Source: a virus
Taxonomy: Duplodnaviria; Heunggongvirae; Uroviricota; Caudoviricetes; Schitoviridae
IMG/VR virus record: IMGVR_UViG_2595698411_000001
Span: 37,241 to 101,240 of that record
Strand: one strand, 5' to 3'
Length of the DNA: 64,000 nucleotides
A program made the position numbers and the translations under genes. Of the stretch, positions 53,409 to 63,991 are shown one piece after another. Positions within the stretch are counted from its first letter, which is position 1. Every line of letters starts with the position of its first letter. The notes beneath the pieces were generated by a model. That model had not been told where the DNA came from. It ran no database searches and saw only the letters and a program-made list of their open reading frames with translations.

Positions 53409-56400
53409 ATGCTTTCAGTAATGAAGGCGTCACGACGTTCATAAAGATATCAGTTGGGCTGTATATGGGGAATACGTTCCCCGGCCCAAGTGATTCTGCA
53501 TACCAATCTTTAGCTAAGAACGACTGTTCGTGTATGCTAGGCAAACCGCCTGCAATACCAGTAGCCATCAAACCTAGTGTCGTTTTAATAAGCCCTCTAC
53601 CGCCGGTCTTAGTAATAATCCGCTGAATACGCTTCACGTATTTAGTGAACATCAAAATACCTACTTTGTTTAGGTACTCTTCAAATCTACCTGACGGCAT
53701 AGCGTAGTTGATATAGTCTTCTACCAGCTCGTATTTACGGTTCTCTTCCGCCCGCTTTAAGAACTCTGTTCTTTCCGCGCCTACCAGACGTTGTCTAGCC
53801 TTATAATCTTTAGGCTTGCCTTCCATCCACCAATTAGGCAAACGCTCTTGTCCGTTGACTTGACGCTGTTCTGACCGCTTTTCCATAACATTTTGAATGT
53901 CACGAGACATTAAGTCTGTAATTTCCAAAAACTCGTTTACCACCTGATACGGCGCAGTGCGCTTAGTCAAAAACAAATAGTCTAGACCTGTTCTAGCCAC
54001 ACTAGGCAAATTCTCTGTTTTTTCGTCAAAGAACCGGCTGATCTTATTAGTGTCACGCACTACCTCAGAAGATAAATCCTCTACCGACTGGTCTAAGCCC
54101 ATCTGTATAAGCTCATGTACGCGACTGCCTGTGATCCTAGTTTCTAGAGAGTTTAACTCTCCTTGCACACGCTTAAGCTCCAATTTAAGCTCATTTTTAC
54201 GTCGAGTGCTTACTACCTTATCGTTTGACCCTTTACGAGATCGAGGCGTATCTAGTATCTTCTTACCTAGCGCTACTTTGATTTCTCTTTCTCGGTTCTG
54301 CAGCTCTTGCTTTCGTTTGAGGTTGCTGTTGTAGGTTTTTATAGTTTTAAAACTATCCACCTGCATAGACAGCACTTCTTTCGGATTATAACCCTTCATA
54401 ACAAGATAAAGTGTATTAGAGAAGAAGTTGCTTAGCGTAACTGTAGGCATTTTCATCAAAATGTTAGTTTTCGCTATTTGAACTACTTCCATCCAAACAG
54501 TTTCAGCAATTCTCGCAGCTCTTAGCAATACGTCAGGCGTTACCTGTTTTAGCAGACCTACATCCGCAATACTGGCCTGGCTATACCCAAAATACATATT
54601 TTTCAAAGAAGTTCTGACAGCTAGTGTCTTATCTTCTCTGCTTTTAATAAACGACTGAAACTCTTTTGGCAGCATGTAGTACAGCTTCCTCATTTCTGGG
54701 TTGCTTACTTCAGGGCCTATCAATGTAAAGTCCGTAAGACCGTCCTTTCCTTTAGTACCTCTTGACCAATTTTCTTTCATGTCCGATCTAAGCGCATCTA
54801 GCACCTTAGCGTTATGCTGAGCAGTCATATCTTTATCGATCAGTGAACCAAAAGACTTGCCCATTACCTCAGAGATGCGCGTATCCTGTTTCAGCAACTG
54901 CTTCTTGGTCTTTTTGTCCATCATGTAGCGGTAGTCGACTACTACGCCTTCTTCGTTAAGCAGCGGCATTAGTCCGTACACGGTATCTTTGAAGTCGTAC
55001 TCGCCTTCTTCCATCTTCTTGATGCGCACTTTAGCTTCACGAGATATTCTGTTTATGTCTCGTGCCGCAGTTTCTCTGATCAAGCTACTAGGGAGGCCTT
55101 CGCCTTCTTTGTACTTCGCTGCAGTGACAGTGGTACCCTTAGATCTCAGCTGGTTAAATCGTACACCGCCGCGTAAACGTTCTGGCCTGCTTGCGCTATC
55201 GGTCACGTAAAGCGCCATAGTTTCGCCAATCTCAGAGCCTGTTTTCTTAACTAGAGTGCCTTTGTACTGAAAGCCTTGCTTCTCCATAGCACTGCGTTCT
55301 TTTAGCGGTGCTACCTCCATCAGGATACCATCATCAAACACTTCACGAGTGTAGCCCATAATCATGTTGCGCTGGTTCTTTTTAAACACCGTCTCTACAG
55401 TGTTTTTACGGAACCCTTCTATTATGTCAGCTACATGTTGTACTGCTTCATAGTCGCGCTTCATTAGGTCTGCTACCAGCGCACGAGGAGCTTTTTCAGT
55501 GTTCTTGATAGCTGTAAGAGTCGCCAGTTCTTCTACAGCCTTAATGACACTAGCTCTTGGGCGCTTGCGGTTACTGCTATGTATACCTTCCGCAATATTA
55601 CGAGCATTGTGATTCTGCTCTGGCGTACCTAAGTGCTTAGCCATATAAATGCCTAAACCTACAGCTTGGTTAGAGTGCCAATTGTAGTTAGTCGAGTCTG
55701 CGTCTTTAAGGGCTCTTTTAGCGGTCTGGATCGCTTTATCTAGTGCATCTTCGTCTGTAAGCAGTTTGCGTATAGTGGCGTTATCAAACACACGTTCTTT
55801 TACCAAACCGGCTTCTGATGCAGCAGTGGCTTTACCGAACAGAGACGCAAGTGCCGTGTCCGCCAATACCGCTGTCATAGCCTCTTCTTCTTCACGAGTA
55901 GGGGCTTCTTTAAACTTACTAAGCACGTTGTCTTTAGTCAGGCCGATCTGCTCGTTACGAAACTTATCAACGTAGCCTGCTTGGAGCGTAAGAAACTCTG
56001 CTACTTTTTGGACAGGCTCTGTCTGGAACAGTCCACCAACAATCTCACGTATAGTACCGTCTGGTCTTAGGCCATAAGAGCTGGCCAAAGCGCCCATTAC
56101 CTTGGTGTAGGTGGGGTTTACCATAGACAAGCCGATAAGCTTTGCACTGTACTTGACACGCCCATACAAGCTGTCAGGCATTTCTTCAAACTCTTTAGTA
56201 GCTAGTTTGCCTATCGTGCTTTCGCTCGCTTTCTGCAACTTTCCTGCTAACGCTTTGTCAGGACTATTCAGAACTAGGTCATACACTCTTGACAAGAATC
56301 CTGGCTTTTCGGACGCCTTGATAGCTGCTTTAGTGTTTATCTCACCCAGCTCAAACGCCAGCTGCACTAACGCGTCATCTACTTTTTGGTTGCGGTTTTT

Positions 56401-57612
56401 GACCGTAAGCTGGCCCGTAATGACGTCTTGTACGAATCCCCATAAATCGTATAAGCGGTCTAGTATGGTTTTAGACCCTGAGGTGTCTTTGACCTTTACT
56501 TTAGACAGTGCTTTAGCAACTAGGGGCTGAGCAATACCCTTAGCCAAAAACTCTTCACGGGTAGTGTTGCTGTTGAAGATGTAATCGTACAGCTTGTTAG
56601 CAAACTCCATTTCTTTTTCTGGGTCTACAGAGTCTTCTGGAGCAGGTAAGAAATCTTCCGGTTTAAGCTGTTTACGGCCTAACTCAACTAATGCGTCTAG
56701 GCGTCTAACTAGTTGGTCACTTTTAACAGTGCCTGCGTTAATGGCGCCAGAAGTCATAGAGTGCACCACTTCTTCCATGTAGATAGAAGCTTCTGATTGC
56801 TGGTTACCTATTGAAGCAGGGTCGCTCTTTATTTTTATATCAATACGAGTCGGACGAACAATACCTTTTGAGGTTTTTGCCTTGTCGTTGATAAACAGTT
56901 TCAAGTCTTCAAAAAACCGTGGCTTCATTTTATCTAGGAGCGCTAAGTGCCCTTGCAGTTCTTTATAGTCAGCCTTTTCGCCGCCAAGTTTATGCACCTT
57001 TTTGAGCATGGCTTTCATGTTCTCGATATTACCGTGCACGTAGCTTTTTTCTTGGTCTTTGTCTTTTAGTTTGAAGTCAGCGCCTGGGGCACTACCTAGC
57101 GCCATGCCTAGGCTTTCTTGCTCGTTTTCAGCAAGACTAAGGTTGTCCAGAAAGTCTCTAAAACCGTCTATTTGAATATAGCGGTTATTCTTAGTCATAG
57201 TGCTGCGTTCGCCGGTAGTCAGGGAGAACGTGTTACTCTTAGGGCGGCCTTTATGGATATAGTGGATACGAACACCGCCATCTACCATTTCCGCTTTTTG
57301 AAACATGGCATTATTGCGGGTGGTGCTGCTTCCGTGTCGGAAACTAAACGTGGGGCCAAAGGTGTCGCTAAACACTTTAGTAGCTAGTTCCCCGCGTTCT
57401 TTTCGAGTGTTTAAGGTAAAGCCTTGAGCTTTTATAAAGTCGTAATCTTTATTCTTGATTGCGGCTTTATAAGCGTACAAACGCTCTAAAGTCTCGTTAA
57501 TAGGGGTACTGTCAACGCCTTCCAGTGTATCGTCTTGAGCCATACGCTCGTATGTCTTGATCCACTCGTTGACAGTATCGTTGAATACTTTAGGGTTTGT
57601 ACAAATAGTCAT
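53383..57612 (-). CDS. virion RNA polymerase (vRNAP) C-terminal domain encoded as a separate ORF (1409 aa)
   Basis: Its ATG lies 7 nt after the TAG stop of the upstream ORF, in a different frame. The size and position match the ~1400-residue C-terminal encapsidation domain of N4 vRNAP, which follows the polymerase domain. Confidence 0.6.
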   Translation of the reverse strand: MTICTNPKVFNDTVNEWIKTYERMAQDDTLEGVDSTPINETLERLYAYKAAIKNKDYDFIKAQGFTLNTRKERGELATKVFSDTFGPTFSFRHGSSTTRNNAMFQKAEMVDGGVRIHYIHKGRPKSNTFSLTTGERSTMTKNNRYIQIDGFRDFLDNLSLAENEQESLGMALGSAPGADFKLKDKDQEKSYVHGNIENMKAMLKKVHKLGGEKADYKELQGHLALLDKMKPRFFEDLKLFINDKAKTSKGIVRPTRIDIKIKSDPASIGNQQSEASIYMEEVVHSMTSGAINAGTVKSDQLVRRLDALVELGRKQLKPEDFLPAPEDSVDPEKEMEFANKLYDYIFNSNTTREEFLAKGIAQPLVAKALSKVKVKDTSGSKTILDRLYDLWGFVQDVITGQLTVKNRNQKVDDALVQLAFELGEINTKAAIKASEKPGFLSRVYDLVLNSPDKALAGKLQKASESTIGKLATKEFEEMPDSLYGRVKYSAKLIGLSMVNPTYTKVMGALASSYGLRPDGTIREIVGGLFQTEPVQKVAEFLTLQAGYVDKFRNEQIGLTKDNVLSKFKEAPTREEEEAMTAVLADTALASLFGKATAASEAGLVKERVFDNATIRKLLTDEDALDKAIQTAKRALKDADSTNYNWHSNQAVGLGIYMAKHLGTPEQNHNARNIAEGIHSSNRKRPRASVIKAVEELATLTAIKNTEKAPRALVADLMKRDYEAVQHVADIIEGFRKNTVETVFKKNQRNMIMGYTREVFDDGILMEVAPLKERSAMEKQGFQYKGTLVKKTGSEIGETMALYVTDSASRPERLRGGVRFNQLRSKGTTVTAAKYKEGEGLPSSLIRETAARDINRISREAKVRIKKMEEGEYDFKDTVYGLMPLLNEEGVVVDYRYMMDKKTKKQLLKQDTRISEVMGKSFGSLIDKDMTAQHNAKVLDALRSDMKENWSRGTKGKDGLTDFTLIGPEVSNPEMRKLYYMLPKEFQSFIKSREDKTLAVRTSLKNMYFGYSQASIADVGLLKQVTPDVLLRAARIAETVWMEVVQIAKTNILMKMPTVTLSNFFSNTLYLVMKGYNPKEVLSMQVDSFKTIKTYNSNLKRKQELQNREREIKVALGKKILDTPRSRKGSNDKVVSTRRKNELKLELKRVQGELNSLETRITGSRVHELIQMGLDQSVEDLSSEVVRDTNKISRFFDEKTENLPSVARTGLDYLFLTKRTAPYQVVNEFLEITDLMSRDIQNVMEKRSEQRQVNGQERLPNWWMEGKPKDYKARQRLVGAERTEFLKRAEENRKYELVEDYINYAMPSGRFEEYLNKVGILMFTKYVKRIQRIITKTGGRGLIKTTLGLMATGIAGGLPSIHEQSFLAKDWYAESLGPGNVFPIYSPTDIFMNVVTPSLLKASTYDVSLN

Positions 57613-57619
57613 GTAGGCT

Positions 57620-60600
57620 CTACTGTTTGCAATGCTTGCTGGCTAAAGCATCTAGTTGATCGATAGTCATATTATTGACAGGTGAGTTAACTCCATTATC
57701 AGGAATTTCCTCATATAAGTCAATTTCAGCATAGTCCACAGGGTTGTCCGGGCCTACGTTGAAAACACCATCGCTAGTGCCTGCCATATGCATTACAGAC
57801 GCCCCTTCGTTCAACGAATCAAACAGTTTTTTTCGTTGTTTGTTTACCTCGTTAGCAAGTTTAGCTGCAGCGTTACGAGACTGGATCATAAAACTAGCGA
57901 CATTAACTTCTGTTTCCCTGTCTACCTTAACCGTAGCTTCTTGATAAGGCGTCTTGCCGCTTTCCGAGAATAACGGAGTGTTTTTAATGTTTCTATCCAT
58001 AGCCTTGACCAACTCGTTTACAAAGCTGTACTGGGCACTAGTTTCAAGAGTAGCTTTATTATAAGCCTCTTGAGCTTCTCCCATGCGCAGCAGATTGGGC
58101 ATAACAGCGTCGTGTATGCTTGTCATATCTCCGCCCATCGCATTGATACTAGCAGCCATAACAGCGCCATCGATGTAGTGTATAGGTACAACTGATCCGG
58201 CTGATATAGCAGCGCTAAGAGCTTTAATCATATGAGAAGTACGAATACTGTTACCTTTACCCGCATCTAGGCGTTTACCTGCCTCAGGGGTTAGGTAGCT
58301 TATAGATGCTTTACGACCTGCGTAAGCGCCGTAAGGAGACGCAGTATCCATGCTGTACACGCCGATAGCACCGTCTTGAGTAAAATCTTCTTCCATCTTA
58401 CTTAAAGGGCCCTTGATTGCTGGCCATTGGTTTAAAGTAGATGTATAGAGCTCTTTTTCCTTTTCTGCAGATACAGGGCCTTCTCTACGAGCTTCTAAAA
58501 GCTTCTCTTCGTAAGATACTTTAAACACCTCAAACATCGCTTTAAAGCCGTCGTTTATAGTGGTTTGCGCTTCAACAAAAGGTTGGAACTCCTTGTTCAG
58601 TACGTTTTCTACTTGCACGCCGTAAGATGCGTCAATCATTACATCTAGGTATTCTCCAAGACTAGCGCCTTTGTTTCCTAAACGGACTTTGTTCATAGGC
58701 ATAGTTCTGATAGCTGCCTGCAACTTACGCAAGTCGGATTTGTCGTCACTGTTAGCGTATGCCGCTAATAACTTAACTAGTGGTTTATCCTTGTCCTTTA
58801 TAACTTTTTGACCTAAGTCAATCTTAGCCAGTTTTGATGCTATGTCGTCCTGCATTGTCCCTTTAAGACGCGTTCTAATAGACTTAATAGACGAAGCGTA
58901 GTTAAACGTCATAAACGGGTACTTGAACAAGTTACGCAGTTCGCTAGATATGCCGCCTTCCGGATCAGCTGAAGGCAATACTTCAGAGACTGCAGACCAC
59001 AAGTCTTTAACGTATTTGTTATCTGACTTAAGCAAAGGAGACCCTTTAGCATTAGTCTTAAGCGCCTTAAAAGAAGTGTTTTTAACACTAGAAGCAAGGA
59101 ACTGATAACTATCTAGGAACTTCTCTAGTCCTCTTTCTTTGTTCTCTTGCAGGCTTAGTACGTTATTCATGCTCGGCACGTCTACTCTGTTAAGAATAGC
59201 GTCTGAGTGCTTGAATATTCCTACCTTACCTAGCCAAGTAAAGAGTTTTCTACCTACAACAGGCATCTGTAAGAGCTTCAGCGCAAAACCGCTAGTTACA
59301 GCATCAAATTCCGCAGTAATAGCGCTTTCAAACTGGCCAGGACTAGTTAAAGAGTCTTCGACAAACTTGAACGCTTGTATGGCGTGGCCTAAGTGTTCGA
59401 TCTCAATTTCTTGCCCGTTACTTAACTCGTAAACACCAGCGTCTAAAAAGGCTTTACGCGCTTTTTTAAGCTTCTTAGGAGTGTTTAAGTCTTTAAGTAC
59501 AGTCTCCGCAAATGTAGCTATGTCTGCGTCTGACTTTTTGTCAGTAGCAAAACCAAAACCTTGCGCAAGCGCGTAGTGAACTAGTGGTGTTACGTCTTTG
59601 CCTTCTACACTAAACCGGTTACCCGTACGCTTGTATGTATTGTTGTGCGCTTTAGGCTGTACAAAGAAACGGTGTAAGTGTTTATAGTTCTGCGGATTAA
59701 TAGTATTGCTGTCCACAAAGAAACGGCCGTTCTTAGAGAAGAAGTAGTTAAACCACATAGACACTTTATTTGTGTCTTTTTCGGTCTGCTTGTTAAGCCA
59801 CTTCAAATGCTCAATTTCTTGCTCGATGTCGCGGTTCTTTGACGCCTGTACTTGCTGCTCTTTATAAGAAAGCTTCATAAATTCGGGAGTAGGATCACCG
59901 TCCTCGTCTTCTACGGCTATGTAACCTAGCAACTTTTTAAGTTTGTCTGCATTCTTCAGCGCAAAACGTACCAAAGACATATCAGCGACCATTTCAGTGT
60001 CCATAAGCTTTTCCATAGCTTCTTTAGACTTGTCAGCAATGCTTAAGCCTAAACGCTCTTTACGGATCTTCTTAGTAGCCTTGTCTTTTTGTTTTTTGGT
60101 CGGGCGAGCAAACAGTGGTTCTTTACGACGCACATCCATATTAGGCATGCTGTTCTCTAGGATATTAGTTATAAAGCTTAAATCCTCTACAGCCTCTTTG
60201 CTTTTGATATTGACAAAGTTAACCACAGCGTCAGAGTCACTAGTTTCGTGCTCGGCCTTGCCTAGTACGTCCCTCGCGAACTGTTTGCTGCTCATTGACT
60301 CTTTAGTCAGCAGATCTTCATTTTTGCCTGCACCGACAGCTAGAGCAATCTGCCCTAGTTCGGTTGTCAACGCCGAAAACAGCTGTGCATCAACGTCGTC
60401 AGCATTCTTGGCTCTAAGGCCCATCAATTTGACGATGTCTTTACCTACGCTGTCTGTAGCAGTCTTGAACAGCAAACCTTTATCCTGCATTAAGCTGATA
60501 GCTTTTTCTGACAGCTCAGACTCGTGCTTACCCAGTATTTGCGCTATCTCTTCTGGCGTCTTGCTGTCTTTGCTCATCAAGAACGCATTATTCTTCACAA

Positions 60601-63600
60601 AGTTATACAAGCCGATCTTAATAGCTACTGCCATGTTAGGGTTAAGCTGGTTGTCTTTATCGAAAAGCAAAGCAGCCGCAGCGCTGTCCGCTAACTCTAG
60701 AGGTAGCTTAGTTTTGCTGAGGTTTATCTCGCGCAACGTCTTTTCCAAGTCTTCGACAGCTTCTTCTACAAAACTGTTAAAGATAACGTTGTCTGAGCCG
60801 TCTAGCAAAAGCTCGTCCATTTCTAACGTGTTAAGAAGTGTAGGTTCGGCTACTTCAACAAACTTCTCAGGATCTAGCTCAATAACCTGATAAGAGCCGT
60901 CTTCTGACAAGTTTTCAACGTCTTTAAAGTTAGCAGTAGTGGCGTAGTCGTCTTTACCGCGCACTTTATAGGTGTATAGCTTCTTGTCGCCGTACTCTAT
61001 GTCTGCGTTAGCTTTACCTAGTGAATTGTCAATCATTCGAGTAGCAACAGCTTTCAAGCTATCGCCGAAAGTCTCTTTCAGCCACTCGTCTAAAGACGCT
61101 TTACCTTTCTTCGCCTTTTCCTCTACTTTTTTCCATTCCTTGACTAACTTACCGCTTTTAGACAAACGCGCTATTTTTTGACGAACACGCTTGTCTGCCA
61201 TACGGCCAGCAGTGTTTCTAGCAGCACCTAAAGCTTCGCTATACTCTTTGCTTTCCAGGCCTTCTTTTAAGGCAATAGCATCTAATTTTTTCTCTAACGC
61301 ATCAGTCTCTTTTTTAAGAGCGCTGATAGCATGATCTCGCATGTTCTTTTCAGTGTCGCCTTTTGTGAAATACTCTTTAGCTGCTTCCTTGGCCTTAGCA
61401 AAAGTTGCTTTCTCTTCCTTACTAGGTTTACGTTTTTCTTCTTTGGCGGTCTGCAGTGCATCAAACGAGTCAACTAGGTTGTTTAAGATACGCGCTTTGC
61501 GTTTCTTTTTGCTTTCTTTTTCTTTGTTCTCTGCACGTACAGCGTCAGCCTTGTCTTTACGGAGTATCATAGGCACACCGTCGACAGTGATAAGACTGCC
61601 TTGGTAACTAGCGGCAAGCTTAGCAACGTTAGTTCTGTTAGCTTTTCCGTCTAGGTCCACTGCCGGGTCAATAACAAGCTTAGCGCCTGCCATTATAGCT
61701 TTGCTAAAAGCCTTGCTTGCAGTGGAGTTTTTACGAATGCCAGTAGTAGTAAGCAGAACTACATCGTCCTCTGCAAAATCTGTAGTGCCTTTTGTTATTT
61801 TACTTTCATTCAGCAGAGTGTAATCACCACCACTCTTCCACCATTTAGGACTAGTTTTCTCGTCAGTAATTACTTTAGTAGGTTTAGTCTTATCGTAGCG
61901 CGCTTTATGGTTTTCGCGGTTTTTGGCAATACCTTTATTTCCACGAGTCTCAACAGGAACGTCTACAATATTCGATTCACTTTCTTGGTCGCCGATCTTT
62001 TTAAGGGCAGCCTTACGGTGACGCACTAGGGTGGTCTCTAGGTGGTCGATAGTATCATCTAATGAATCTAGTAAGGCCTGACTGCGCTCGTCGATCTTAT
62101 ATGAGCCGTCTTCGTTAGCCATAACGTTGATGTAGTTACCAGAATCTAAATCACGGCTCTTAGGCTTTACCGCACTAACACCTTTTTTGTTTCTGTTTTT
62201 GTTGTAGTTATCGATGTCTGCCTGCAGTTCGTTGACCACAGTACGGTACATTTCTTTACGCTCTTTTTGGCTTTCTAAGAACGAGTTTATCTTGCCTAAT
62301 TGTTGACGCACGGCACTCTTACGAACCCCTGGAGTGTTGATCAACTTAACTAGGCTAGAGCGGTGTGTTACAGCACTAGATTTGCCTTTGCCCATCGACT
62401 CTTCATAGACCATTTTAGCGTCTTTACCGTTAAGCTTGGCTCTTACGTTTTTAAAGCGGAAAGGTTTTTGGCCGTTCTTTTGAAGATACGCGTTAACTAG
62501 GTCCACATCTTCTGTACCAAAGGCGTCAAGGTCACCCTCTACCGATACCTTAGAGTCGATATACATTTCAGCTACATCTTCGGGACTGAAACCTGACCCT
62601 AAAGTAACTGAGTCTTCGCTCTCCATAATCTTTTTAGCCGCTTCGATACGAGTTTTGTTCAAAACGTCTAGTGCCAAAGTGTCACCCTCAGTGGCCCTAT
62701 TGGTACCTTTACGGCCCTTGATAACCTCTTCTGCAGCTTCGATCTCAGTAACAATTTCAGAGAACGTCATGTCTTCTTGGTCAAGCGCGCTTTTCAGCTC
62801 GGTAGTGTCGACGTTTTCTTTATCGCCTTCTTCTCCAGAGCTCAGCACAATAAGACCTTTCTGACCAAACATTTTGGCGTACTTGGACGCTACTTCACTA
62901 GCTTTTTTATCCGCTTCGGTTTGTTCAGTCTTTAAGTCCTCTTCAGAGATCTCTGGGTCTACGTCACCAGTTTCCGTTTCAGCAGACGCAGGAGTATTTG
63001 CCGCTGCTTTTGCTTGGCTTTCCTTGATGATGTTAGCTGCGCCTCGTACAGAGTCTACAGTAGGTCTTATAGCGCCTATCTGCGCACCAGAACCCGCACC
63101 GGCTAAGGTGCCTGTCAGAATTTCAGCACTAGCTTCGCTTAGTACCTCTTTAACCGACTTGTCCTTAAAGTCCGCACTGTCGACTTTCTGATTAAGCTGC
63201 TCAACAATACTGTCTACAGTCTCTTGGGTACCTTCTTTTAAGCCTCCAGCAACTACACGAGCGACTGTTTCACCAGTGCCTTTTATAAGACCTTTTTTAA
63301 CCTCTTTTTTGACTTGAGCGGTAGTAGCGTTTTTGATACCAGCGATAGACTTCAAACTTGCTATTTCTGCGCTAGAAACAATACGGTTCAACAAGACCAT
63401 TTGAGCTAGCTTCTCCGGGCTTGGATCTTCACCGTTGTTGTTTTCTTTAAACGCAGTAATATCATTGTTCATACGAACCATCATATCTGCGTTGGTGTAA
63501 ACGCTGCCACGAAGCAAATCAGGGACTTTTTTAACTAGTGTATAGCTTTCTTGAAGTTGTTTTACTTTTGCAGCATCGCCGGCAGCAGAAGCTACTTTAA

Positions 63601-63991
63601 CTTCATCAGCTATTTTAGATACATTATTAGTAAGAACGCTCTTCACAGTGTCGGTAAACTTGTTGTTACCAATAAACTTAGCACCTACTTTAGCGCCTGT
63701 TTTTCCTGCAGCACCTAAAGCACCACCGCTACCTACAATTTCTGTTACCATTGAAGCGGTAAGGGACGGGTCAGTTAAAACTTCTAATGCCGCAGAACCA
63801 AGCTTTGAAAGCTTCTCTGGGTCAGAGAACGCACCTACAATAGAGTCCCAGCTAGTGATATCAATACCACTAGCATCGATGTCTTCCATCGCTTTCTGAA
63901 GAGTGATTTCGTCTACACGGCGGTCGTAACCTACAAACTTATCTACTGCGTCTATAGCAGCCTTTTTATAAGAGTCGGCAAACAAGTCCAT
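57620..63991 (-). CDS. virion RNA polymerase (vRNAP) N-terminal and polymerase domains (T7-like motifs T, A, B, C present); probably extends past the window edge
   Basis: Motif T FNYFFSKNGRFFV aligns to T7 FPYNMDWRGRVYA. Motif A ITAEFDAVTSGFALKLLQM aligns to PLAFDGSCSGIQHFSAML. Motif B RNLFKYPFMTFNYASS is R-x3-K-x7-YA. Motif C MTSIHDAVM aligns to LIHDSFGT. B-to-C spacing is about 275 aa, against about 285 in N4 mini-vRNAP. 162 aa follow motif C, against about 155 in N4. Confidence 0.75.
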   Translation of the reverse strand: MDLFADSYKKAAIDAVDKFVGYDRRVDEITLQKAMEDIDASGIDITSWDSIVGAFSDPEKLSKLGSAALEVLTDPSLTASMVTEIVGSGGALGAAGKTGAKVGAKFIGNNKFTDTVKSVLTNNVSKIADEVKVASAAGDAAKVKQLQESYTLVKKVPDLLRGSVYTNADMMVRMNNDITAFKENNNGEDPSPEKLAQMVLLNRIVSSAEIASLKSIAGIKNATTAQVKKEVKKGLIKGTGETVARVVAGGLKEGTQETVDSIVEQLNQKVDSADFKDKSVKEVLSEASAEILTGTLAGAGSGAQIGAIRPTVDSVRGAANIIKESQAKAAANTPASAETETGDVDPEISEEDLKTEQTEADKKASEVASKYAKMFGQKGLIVLSSGEEGDKENVDTTELKSALDQEDMTFSEIVTEIEAAEEVIKGRKGTNRATEGDTLALDVLNKTRIEAAKKIMESEDSVTLGSGFSPEDVAEMYIDSKVSVEGDLDAFGTEDVDLVNAYLQKNGQKPFRFKNVRAKLNGKDAKMVYEESMGKGKSSAVTHRSSLVKLINTPGVRKSAVRQQLGKINSFLESQKERKEMYRTVVNELQADIDNYNKNRNKKGVSAVKPKSRDLDSGNYINVMANEDGSYKIDERSQALLDSLDDTIDHLETTLVRHRKAALKKIGDQESESNIVDVPVETRGNKGIAKNRENHKARYDKTKPTKVITDEKTSPKWWKSGGDYTLLNESKITKGTTDFAEDDVVLLTTTGIRKNSTASKAFSKAIMAGAKLVIDPAVDLDGKANRTNVAKLAASYQGSLITVDGVPMILRKDKADAVRAENKEKESKKKRKARILNNLVDSFDALQTAKEEKRKPSKEEKATFAKAKEAAKEYFTKGDTEKNMRDHAISALKKETDALEKKLDAIALKEGLESKEYSEALGAARNTAGRMADKRVRQKIARLSKSGKLVKEWKKVEEKAKKGKASLDEWLKETFGDSLKAVATRMIDNSLGKANADIEYGDKKLYTYKVRGKDDYATTANFKDVENLSEDGSYQVIELDPEKFVEVAEPTLLNTLEMDELLLDGSDNVIFNSFVEEAVEDLEKTLREINLSKTKLPLELADSAAAALLFDKDNQLNPNMAVAIKIGLYNFVKNNAFLMSKDSKTPEEIAQILGKHESELSEKAISLMQDKGLLFKTATDSVGKDIVKLMGLRAKNADDVDAQLFSALTTELGQIALAVGAGKNEDLLTKESMSSKQFARDVLGKAEHETSDSDAVVNFVNIKSKEAVEDLSFITNILENSMPNMDVRRKEPLFARPTKKQKDKATKKIRKERLGLSIADKSKEAMEKLMDTEMVADMSLVRFALKNADKLKKLLGYIAVEDEDGDPTPEFMKLSYKEQQVQASKNRDIEQEIEHLKWLNKQTEKDTNKVSMWFNYFFSKNGRFFVDSNTINPQNYKHLHRFFVQPKAHNNTYKRTGNRFSVEGKDVTPLVHYALAQGFGFATDKKSDADIATFAETVLKDLNTPKKLKKARKAFLDAGVYELSNGQEIEIEHLGHAIQAFKFVEDSLTSPGQFESAITAEFDAVTSGFALKLLQMPVVGRKLFTWLGKVGIFKHSDAILNRVDVPSMNNVLSLQENKERGLEKFLDSYQFLASSVKNTSFKALKTNAKGSPLLKSDNKYVKDLWSAVSEVLPSADPEGGISSELRNLFKYPFMTFNYASSIKSIRTRLKGTMQDDIASKLAKIDLGQKVIKDKDKPLVKLLAAYANSDDKSDLRKLQAAIRTMPMNKVRLGNKGASLGEYLDVMIDASYGVQVENVLNKEFQPFVEAQTTINDGFKAMFEVFKVSYEEKLLEARREGPVSAEKEKELYTSTLNQWPAIKGPLSKMEEDFTQDGAIGVYSMDTASPYGAYAGRKASISYLTPEAGKRLDAGKGNSIRTSHMIKALSAAISAGSVVPIHYIDGAVMAASINAMGGDMTSIHDAVMPNLLRMGEAQEAYNKATLETSAQYSFVNELVKAMDRNIKNTPLFSESGKTPYQEATVKVDRETEVNVASFMIQSRNAAAKLANEVNKQRKKLFDSLNEGASVMHMAGTSDGVFNVGPDNPVDYAEIDLYEEIPDNGVNSPVNNMTIDQLDALASKHCKQ

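Noticed and set aside
57610-57622. Simple read-through or suppression of the TAG between the two vRNAP ORFs, for example by a phage suppressor tRNA.
   Set aside because: The downstream ATG is 7 nt after the TAG and in a different frame. Reading through the TAG in the upstream frame hits another stop 9 codons later. Only a +1 frameshift or independent initiation could link the two ORFs.
58040-58130. Initial reading of PIHYIDGAVMAAS as motif A and SIHDAVM as motif C of the vRNAP.
   Set aside because: The two segments are only about 20 aa apart, which is impossible for a single-subunit RNAP. Re-scanning found proper motifs T, A and B upstream at correct spacings. IHD is retained as motif C. The IDGAVM segment is coincidental.
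54050-63899. Numerous + strand ORFs of 60-315 aa inside the vRNAP region, for example 59943-60890.
   Set aside because: All are Ser/Leu/Ala-rich antisense shadows of the long - strand vRNAP ORFs. None carries a recognisable motif or a start context.
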